Positions 24,593-30,963 of a DNA stretch of 30,963 nucleotides are shown piece by piece. The notes under the pieces are model-generated. The model saw only the letters and a list, made by a program, of their open reading frames with translations. It searched no databases and was not told the DNA's origin. The position numbers and the translations under genes are program-made. The stretch's first letter is position 1, and each line of letters starts with the position of its first letter. The stretch is from the IMG/VR virus record IMGVR_UViG_2548876954_000010, positions 1 to 30,963 of that record. The stretch is one strand, 5' to 3'. The DNA comes from a virus. Taxonomy: Duplodnaviria; Heunggongvirae; Uroviricota; Caudoviricetes.

Positions 24593-25780
24593 ATGAGTGA
24601 TTTTCACCACGGCGTACAGGTGCTTGAGATTAACGACGGCACCCGCGTCATTTCCACTGTAGCAACCGCAATCGTTGGCATGGTCTGCACGGCCAGCGAT
24701 GCGGATGCCGAAACATTCCCCCTCAATGAGCCGGTACTGATTACCAATGTGCAGAGCGCCATTGCGAAAGCCGGTAAAAAAGGCACGCTGGCCGCATCCC
24801 TGCAGGCTATCGCCGACCAGTCAAAACCCGTCACCGTTGTCGTGCGCGTTGCCGAAGGTGTCGACGATGACCCGGATGCAGCTCAGGCGCAGACCATTTC
24901 TAACATCATCGGCGGCACGGATGAGAACGGTAAATACACCGGTATCAAGGCGCTGTTGACTGCCGAAGCGGTCACTGGTGTTAAGCCGCGTATTCTCGGC
25001 GTGCCGGGTCTCGATACGCAGGAAGTCGCAACCGCGCTCGCGTCGGTCTGTATCAGTCTGCGCGCGTTTGGTTATGTCAGCGCATGGGGCTGTAAAACCA
25101 TTTCAGACGCCATCAAATACCGAGACAATTTCAGCCAGCGCGAGCTGATGGTTATCTGGCCTGACTTCCTCGCATGGGACACTACCGCGAACGCCACCGC
25201 GACGGCCTACGCCACTGCGCGCGCACTCGGCCTGCGTGCCTACATCGACCAGACTGTCGGCTGGCACAAAACCCTGTCTAACGTTGGCGTGCAGGGTGTC
25301 ACCGGCATCAGCGCCTCAGTTTTTTGGGATTTGCAGGCATCCGGCACCGATGCTGACCTGCTCAACGAGGCCGGGGTCACTACGCTGGTGCGTAAGGATG
25401 GTTTCCGCTTCTGGGGTAACCGCACCTGCTCTGATGACCCGCTTTTCCTGTTTGAGAACTACACCCGCACCGCGCAGGTGCTGGCCGATACGATGGCCGA
25501 GGCGCACATGTGGGCGGTCGATAAGCCCATCACCGCATCGCTCATCCGCGACATTGTCGATGGCATCAACGCCAAATTCCGCGAGCTGAAATCTAACGGC
25601 TACATCGTGGACGGTGAATGCTGGTTCGACGAGGAATCGAACGATAAGGAAACCCTCAAGGCCGGGAAACTGTATATCGACTACGACTATACGCCGGTTC
25701 CACCACTGGAAAGCCTGACCCTGCGCCAGCGCATCACCGATAAATATCTGGTGAATCTGGCCGAATCGGTCAACAGCTAA
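24593..25780 (+). CDS. FI: Contractile tail sheath protein (P2 gpFI family)
   Basis: 395-aa ORF, first gene of the FI-FII-E-T-U-D tail operon, N-terminus MSDFHHGVQVLEINDGTRVIS. Confidence 0.9.
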   Translation: MSDFHHGVQVLEINDGTRVISTVATAIVGMVCTASDADAETFPLNEPVLITNVQSAIAKAGKKGTLAASLQAIADQSKPVTVVVRVAEGVDDDPDAAQAQTISNIIGGTDENGKYTGIKALLTAEAVTGVKPRILGVPGLDTQEVATALASVCISLRAFGYVSAWGCKTISDAIKYRDNFSQRELMVIWPDFLAWDTTANATATAYATARALGLRAYIDQTVGWHKTLSNVGVQGVTGISASVFWDLQASGTDADLLNEAGVTTLVRKDGFRFWGNRTCSDDPLFLFENYTRTAQVLADTMAEAHMWAVDKPITASLIRDIVDGINAKFRELKSNGYIVDGECWFDEESNDKETLKAGKLYIDYDYTPVPPLESLTLRQRITDKYLVNLAESVNS

Positions 25781-25795
25781 GGAGCCTGAAATAAC

Positions 25796-26314
25796 ATGGC
25801 ACTACCCCGCAAACTCAAATATCTGAACATGTTCAATGACGGCCTGAGCTACATGGGCGTTGTTGAATCCGTGACGCTGCCGAAGCTGACCCGCAAGCTC
25901 GAAAACTATCGCGGCGGCGGCATGAATGGTGCGGCACCGATTGACCTCGGTCTCGACGATGATGCGCTCACCGTCGAATGGTCTGTCGGTGGTCTGCCTG
26001 ATGTGGCGCTATGGGCGCAATATGCAGCGCCGGGTGCTGACGCCGTGCCGCTGCGTTTTGCTGGATCCTACCAGCGCGACGACACCGGCGAAGTCATCGC
26101 GGTCGAGGTGGTCATGCGTGGCCGTCACAAAGAAATCGACGGCGGCGAAAATAAGCAGGGTGAAAACACCTCGACCAAACTGTCGACCGTTTGCACCTAT
26201 TACCGCCTGACGATTGATGGTAGCGACGTCATCGAAATCGACACCGTCAACATGGTCGAGAAGGTGAACGGCGTCGACCGTCTGGAACAGCACCGCCGCG
26301 CAATCGGGCTGTAA
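25796..26314 (+). CDS. FII: Tail tube protein (P2 gpFII family)
   Basis: 172-aa ORF following the sheath gene. Confidence 0.9.
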   Translation: MALPRKLKYLNMFNDGLSYMGVVESVTLPKLTRKLENYRGGGMNGAAPIDLGLDDDALTVEWSVGGLPDVALWAQYAAPGADAVPLRFAGSYQRDDTGEVIAVEVVMRGRHKEIDGGENKQGENTSTKLSTVCTYYRLTIDGSDVIEIDTVNMVEKVNGVDRLEQHRRAIGL

Positions 26315-26323
26315 TTCCCTGAC

Positions 26324-26348
26324 CGGTCAGCACTGCTGGCCGGTTATT
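26324..26348 (+). terminator. Hairpin after FII (possible attenuator/terminator)
   Basis: Stem CCGGTCAGC / GCTGGCCGG (one G-U pair), loop act, followed by ttattaat. Confidence 0.4.
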
Positions 26349-26377
26349 AATCCCCATTCAGAGCAGAGAAAAACATC

Positions 26378-26713
26378 ATGGCAAAAGCACCACGTAAAAC
26401 CGCTGAATTTGTTGATACGGCTGGCAATGAAATTGACACCGTAAACCCGAACGTCGTGACCCTCGACAAGCCGATTAAGCGCGCCGGTCAGACGATTGAT
26501 AAAGTCACCCTGATTGAGCCGAACGCCGGTACCCTGCGCGGTGTCAGTCTGGCGGCGGTGGCGCAGTCTGAGGTCGATGCGCTGATTAAAGTCCTGCCCC
26601 GCATGACCTACCCCGCGCTCACCACGCAGGAGCTAACCGCGATGAACCTGCCCGATATGCTGTCGCTGGCCGCTAAGGTGATTGGTTTTTTGTCACCGGC
26701 TTCGGCGGAGTAG
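26378..26713 (+). CDS. E: Tail assembly chaperone E
   Basis: 111-aa ORF directly upstream of the tape-measure gene, with a T6G slippery run near its 3' end. Confidence 0.8.
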   Translation: MAKAPRKTAEFVDTAGNEIDTVNPNVVTLDKPIKRAGQTIDKVTLIEPNAGTLRGVSLAAVAQSEVDALIKVLPRMTYPALTTQELTAMNLPDMLSLAAKVIGFLSPASAE

Positions 26714-26865
26714 ACTTCCCGCCCGACCTGTCGACCGATGACCTGATGGCGGATATCGCGGTGATATTCCACTGGCCGCCATCAGAGCTCTATTCCCTGA
26801 GCCTGACCGAGCTCATCACATGGCGCGAAAAGGCGCTGCAGCGTAGCGGAAACAACAATGAGTAA
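26378..26865 (+). CDS. E+E' tail chaperone produced by programmed -1 frameshift
   Basis: Slippery run GGTTTTTTG (26684-26692). The -1 frame is open from there to TAA at 26863-26865 and encodes FFVTGFGGVDFPPDLSTDDLMADIAVIFHWPPSELYSLSLTELITWREKALQRSGNNNE. This E/E' arrangement upstream of the tape measure is conserved in P2-like phages. Confidence 0.6.
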
Positions 26866-29299
26866 TAACCTGAGGCTTGAGGTATTGCTGAAAGCGGTCG
26901 ACCAGGCGACCCGACCGCTTAAATCCATCCAGACCGCGAGTAAAACCCTCTCGGGTGATATTCGCGACACACAAAAAGGGCTGCGTGACCTGAATGGTCA
27001 GGCGTCGAAAATCGACGGCTTTCGTAAGGCAAGCGCGCAACTGGCCGTGACCAGTCAGGCGCTTGATAAGGCGAAACGCGAAGCTGGTGAGTTGACCGTA
27101 CAGTTTAAAAACACCACCAGTCCGACCCGCGCACAGGCTCAGGCACTCGAAGCGGCAAAGCGTGCCGCCTCTGAGCTGCAGACGAAATACAACAGCCTGA
27201 GAACGTCAGTACAGCGCCAGCGCTCCGAGCTGATGCAGGCCGGTATTAATACCCGCACCCTGTCTGCCGATGAGCGTCGGCTAAAAACCTCCATCAGCGA
27301 AACGACGGCGCAGCTTAACCGCCAGCGCGAGGCACTGGCACGCGTCAGTGCGCAGCAGGCGAAATTAAGCCGGGTGAAAGAGAGATATAAGTCAGGGAAA
27401 GAGCTTGCCGGTAACATGGCCGCAGCCGGTGCTGCCGGGGTCGGTATCGCGACAGCGGGAACGATGGCCGGGGTTAAATTACTGATGCCCGGTTATGACT
27501 TTGCGCAGAAAAATTCCGAACTGCAGGCCGTGCTCGGGGTCGATAAGCAGTCGCCAGAAATGCAGGCACTACGCAAACAGGCTCGTCAGCTCGGCGACAA
27601 TACTGCAGCCTCTGCAGATGACGCAGCGAGCGCGCAAATCATCATTGCGAAAAGCGGCGGTGACGCTGCTGCCATTCAGGCGGCGACGCCAGTCACGCTG
27701 AATATGGCGCTGTCAAACCGGCGCTCAATGGAGGAAAACGCGGCGCTGCTGACCGGGATGAAATCAGCGTTTCAACTTTCAAACGACAAGATTGCTCACA
27801 TTGGCGACGTTCTCTCGATGACAATGAACAAAACCGCCGCCGATTTTGACGGACTGAGCGACGCGCTGACCTATGCCGCGCCAGTGGCGAAAAATGCCGG
27901 GGTGAGCATCGAGCAAACCGCCGCAATGGTCGGTGCGCTGCACGACGCCAAAATCACCGGGTCAATGGCGGGTACCGGTAGCCGCGCCATTCTCAGCCGC
28001 CTGCAGGCTCCCACCGGAAAAGCGTTTGAGGCCATTAAGGAACTCGGCGTCAAAACGTCCGACAGCAAGGGGAACACGCGCCCGATATTCTCCATCCTGA
28101 AAGAAATGCAGCGCAGCTTTGAGAAAAACAACCTCGGGACAAGCCAGCGCGGCGAGTACATGAAAACCATTTTCGGCGAGGAGGCCAGCTCGGCGGCGGC
28201 GGTGCTGATGGAAGCAGCCTCAAGCGGCAAACTTGACAGGCTCACTGCCGCGTTTAAAGCCTCGGACGGTAAAACCGAGGAACTGGTTAAGGTTATGCAG
28301 GATAACCTCGGCGGCGACTTTAAAGAGTTCCAGTCGGCTTATGAGGCAGTCGGTACCGACCTTTTTGACCAGCAAGAGGGCTCGCTGCGTAAACTCACCC
28401 AAACAGCCACACAATATGTGTTAAAGCTCGACGGCTGGATCCAGAAAAACAAAGGTCTGGCGACAACTATCGGCATTATTGCCGGTGGCGCACTTGCTCT
28501 GATTGGTATCATCGGCGGCATTGGTCTCGTTGCGTGGCCGGTTGTCATGGGGATTAACGCCATTATCGCCGCTGCTGGCGTGTTGGGTACGGTCTTTACT
28601 GTTGCTGGCAGTGCCATTGTGACCGCGCTCGGCGCGATTACCTTGCCGATTGTGGCTGTGGGGGCGGCGATTGTGGCCGGGGCGTTACTTATCCGTAAAT
28701 ATTGGGAACCCATAAGCGCATTTTTCTCAGGGGTGATTGAGGGCATCATGAGCGCCTTTGCTCCGGTCGGGGAAATGTTTGCTCCACTGGCACCCATTTT
28801 TGACGGACTCGGTGAGAAACTGCGCGGCGTCTGGCAATGGTTTAAAGACCTGATTGCGCCGGTCAAGGCCACGCAGGAGACGCTCGATAGCTGCAAAAAT
28901 GTCGGCGTCATATTTGGTCAGGCACTGGCCTCTGCCTTGATGGCTCCGCTCAATGTTTTTAACAAGCTGCGCAGCGGTGTCGACTGGCTTCTCGAAAAAC
29001 TCGGCATCATCAACAAAGAATCGGACAGCCTCGACCAGACTGCCGCCAAAACCAACGCCGCCACGCAGGGTAATTCCTACATCCCGGCAACCAGCACATA
29101 TGGAGGCTATCAGGCTTACCAGCCAGTTACCGCACCGGCGGGACACTCTTACATTGACCAGAGTAAAAGTGAATACAACATCACTCTGCCGGGAGGTGTT
29201 GCACCGGGGCATCAGCTTGACAGACAGTTACGCGATACGCTCGAACAGATTGAGCGCGAAAAGCGTGCGCGTCAGCGTGCCAGTATGGGCCATGACTAA
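26858..29299 (+). CDS. T: Tail tape-measure protein (P2 gpT family)
   Basis: 813-aa ORF. Ala/Gln-rich coiled-coil N-terminal half and a hydrophobic Gly/Ala/Ile-rich segment (GLATTIGIIAGGALALIGIIGGIGLVAWPVVMGINAIIAAAGVLG), typical of tape-measure proteins. Confidence 0.9.
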   Translation: MSNNLRLEVLLKAVDQATRPLKSIQTASKTLSGDIRDTQKGLRDLNGQASKIDGFRKASAQLAVTSQALDKAKREAGELTVQFKNTTSPTRAQAQALEAAKRAASELQTKYNSLRTSVQRQRSELMQAGINTRTLSADERRLKTSISETTAQLNRQREALARVSAQQAKLSRVKERYKSGKELAGNMAAAGAAGVGIATAGTMAGVKLLMPGYDFAQKNSELQAVLGVDKQSPEMQALRKQARQLGDNTAASADDAASAQIIIAKSGGDAAAIQAATPVTLNMALSNRRSMEENAALLTGMKSAFQLSNDKIAHIGDVLSMTMNKTAADFDGLSDALTYAAPVAKNAGVSIEQTAAMVGALHDAKITGSMAGTGSRAILSRLQAPTGKAFEAIKELGVKTSDSKGNTRPIFSILKEMQRSFEKNNLGTSQRGEYMKTIFGEEASSAAAVLMEAASSGKLDRLTAAFKASDGKTEELVKVMQDNLGGDFKEFQSAYEAVGTDLFDQQEGSLRKLTQTATQYVLKLDGWIQKNKGLATTIGIIAGGALALIGIIGGIGLVAWPVVMGINAIIAAAGVLGTVFTVAGSAIVTALGAITLPIVAVGAAIVAGALLIRKYWEPISAFFSGVIEGIMSAFAPVGEMFAPLAPIFDGLGEKLRGVWQWFKDLIAPVKATQETLDSCKNVGVIFGQALASALMAPLNVFNKLRSGVDWLLEKLGIINKESDSLDQTAAKTNAATQGNSYIPATSTYGGYQAYQPVTAPAGHSYIDQSKSEYNITLPGGVAPGHQLDRQLRDTLEQIEREKRARQRASMGHD

Positions 29300-29311
29300 G
29301 GGACATAAACG

Positions 29312-29797
29312 ATGATGCTTGCGCTTGGAATGTTTGTGTTTGAACGCCGCCCCCTGCCTTATCAGTCGATGCAGCACTCGAAGGATTACCGCTGGGCGTC
29401 TAATGACAGAGTGGGTAAACCGCCTGCGTATCAGTTTCTCGGCGAGGGGGAAAACTCGATCCAGCTTGCCGGTACGCTTTACCCTGCTATTACTGGCGGT
29501 CGTATATCCCTGCTGGCTGTTGAGCTGATGGCCGACGAGGGTAGAGCGTGGCCGCTTATTGAGGGAACCGGCAATATCTTCGGAATGTATATCGTCGATA
29601 AGGTGTCGACCACGCATACCGAGTTTTTCAGCGACGGCGCGACCAGAAAGATTGATTTTACACTTTCGCTGAAACGGGTCGACGAATCACTGACGGCAAT
29701 GTTTGGCGACCTGAATAAGCAAGCCAGCGAGCTTCTCGGCTCTGCCGGTAATCTGACTGATAAGCTGCAGGGTGCGCTCGGAGGGCTGACCGCATGA
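29312..29797 (+). CDS. U: Tail protein U
   Basis: 161-aa ORF after T. Position as P2 U. Confidence 0.85.
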   Translation: MMLALGMFVFERRPLPYQSMQHSKDYRWASNDRVGKPPAYQFLGEGENSIQLAGTLYPAITGGRISLLAVELMADEGRAWPLIEGTGNIFGMYIVDKVSTTHTEFFSDGATRKIDFTLSLKRVDESLTAMFGDLNKQASELLGSAGNLTDKLQGALGGLTA

Positions 29798-30963
29798 TTA
29801 CGGGCATGACCATTGACGCCGGTACCAGCCTTGCACCGGCATTTATGCTGACGCTGAACAGCCAGGACATTACCAGTAATTTTAGTGACCGACTGATTTC
29901 TCTCACCATGACAGACAACCGGGGCTTTGAGGCTGACCAGCTTGACATTGAGCTCGACGATACCGACGGCAAAGTCGAGTTACCTCTGCGCGGGGCGGTG
30001 CTGACGCTGTGGCTTGGCTGGCAGGGTTCGGCGCTTCTGAATAAGGGAGATTTCACGGTCGATGAGATTGAGCACCGGGGCGCGCCTGATACCCTGACCA
30101 TCCGGGCGCGTAGTGCAGATTTTCGGGGAACACTCAATTCACGGCGTGAAGAGTCATGGCATGACACCACCCTCGGTGAGCTGGTCAGCACCATTGCAAA
30201 GCGCAATAAACTGACGGCCAGTGTCGCGGATTCACTGAAAAAAATACCGGTACCGCATATCGACCAGTCGCAGGAGTCCGACGCCGTATTTCTGACCCGG
30301 TTGGCTGACCGCAATGGGGCGGCGGTGTCAGTGAAGGCGGGTAAGCTCCTGTTTCTGAAAGCCGGTAGTGCAATGACCGCCAGCGGCAAGCCCGTCCCAC
30401 AAATGACGCTGACCCGCAGCGATGGCGACCGTCATCAGTTTGCCATTGCTGACCGTGGGGCTTACACCGGCGTAACAGCAAAATGGTTGCATACTAAAGA
30501 CCCGAAGCTGCAAAAGCAGAAAGTAACACTGAAACGTAAGCCAAAAGAGAAGCACCTGCGCGCACTGGAGCACCCGAAAGCAAAGCCGGTTAGCAAAAAG
30601 ACAAAGGCCAAAAAAGAGCCGGAGGCGCGCGAGGGTGAGTATATGGCCGGTGAGGCCGATAACGTGCTGGCGCTGACGACTGTCTACGCTTCTAAGGCGC
30701 AGGCGATGCGCGCCGCTCAGGCTAAGTGGGATAAGCTACAGCGAGGCGTTGCGGAGTTTTCAATTACGCTGGCGCTTGGTAGGGCTGATTTATTCCCTGA
30801 GATACCGGTGCGTGTGTCAGGCTTTAAGCGCGTCATAGACGAGCAGTCTTGGTTAATCAGTAAGGTAACTCACAATCTGAATAATAATGGATTCACGACG
30901 GGCTTAGAGCTTGAGGTTAAGCTCTCCGATGTGGAGTACAGCTCAGAGGAAAGTGAAAACTGA
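29794..30963 (+). CDS. D: Tail protein D (late control D protein)
   Basis: 389-aa ORF overlapping the U stop. Its TGA is the last codon of the window. Last gene of the P2-like tail operon; ogr and attR would lie beyond the window. Confidence 0.85.
   Translation: MITGMTIDAGTSLAPAFMLTLNSQDITSNFSDRLISLTMTDNRGFEADQLDIELDDTDGKVELPLRGAVLTLWLGWQGSALLNKGDFTVDEIEHRGAPDTLTIRARSADFRGTLNSRREESWHDTTLGELVSTIAKRNKLTASVADSLKKIPVPHIDQSQESDAVFLTRLADRNGAAVSVKAGKLLFLKAGSAMTASGKPVPQMTLTRSDGDRHQFAIADRGAYTGVTAKWLHTKDPKLQKQKVTLKRKPKEKHLRALEHPKAKPVSKKTKAKKEPEAREGEYMAGEADNVLALTTVYASKAQAMRAAQAKWDKLQRGVAEFSITLALGRADLFPEIPVRVSGFKRVIDEQSWLISKVTHNLNNNGFTTGLELEVKLSDVEYSSEESEN

Noticed and set aside
27139-30573. Numerous minus-strand ORFs (up to 243 aa) within the tape-measure, U and D genes
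   Set aside because: Antisense to a contiguous, collinear tail operon; compositionally biased translations; no RBS or operon logic.
1-30963. CRISPR arrays, rRNA genes, intact tRNA genes, IS elements or transposase genes
   Set aside because: No regularly spaced short direct repeats, no rRNA-like conserved blocks, no complete cloverleaf and no transposase-like ORF or terminal inverted repeats were seen. The only mobile element evident is the prophage itself.

Overview
The window is almost entirely one P2/186-family temperate myovirus prophage, laid out in integrated (permuted) order. From the left: a probable attL flank (1-172), integrase, a small secreted-protein moron, a CI-type repressor, the lysis/lysogeny switch, Apl/Cox-like and CII regulators, small early genes, a TraR-like zinc-finger protein and the replication initiator A. 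Then comes a LexA-box SOS locus that looks like a decayed tum/dinI-type antirepressor, orphan genes flanked by a twice-repeated hairpin-plus-box motif, and the cos site. After cos there is an AT-rich two-gene cargo cassette (soluble protein plus 2-TM membrane protein), followed by portal, terminase, capsid, lysis and tail genes through gpD, whose stop is the last codon of the window. A second AT-rich moron, a membrane-anchored pentapeptide-repeat protein, sits antisense between tail-completion gene S and baseplate gene V. I see no rRNA, no intact tRNA and no CRISPR array. The strongest candidates for an undescribed system are the cos-proximal two-gene cassette and the pentapeptide-repeat moron; neither can be assigned to a family by eye. 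All protein calls rest on reading the supplied translations and on recalled P2/186 gene order and sequences, not on any search.
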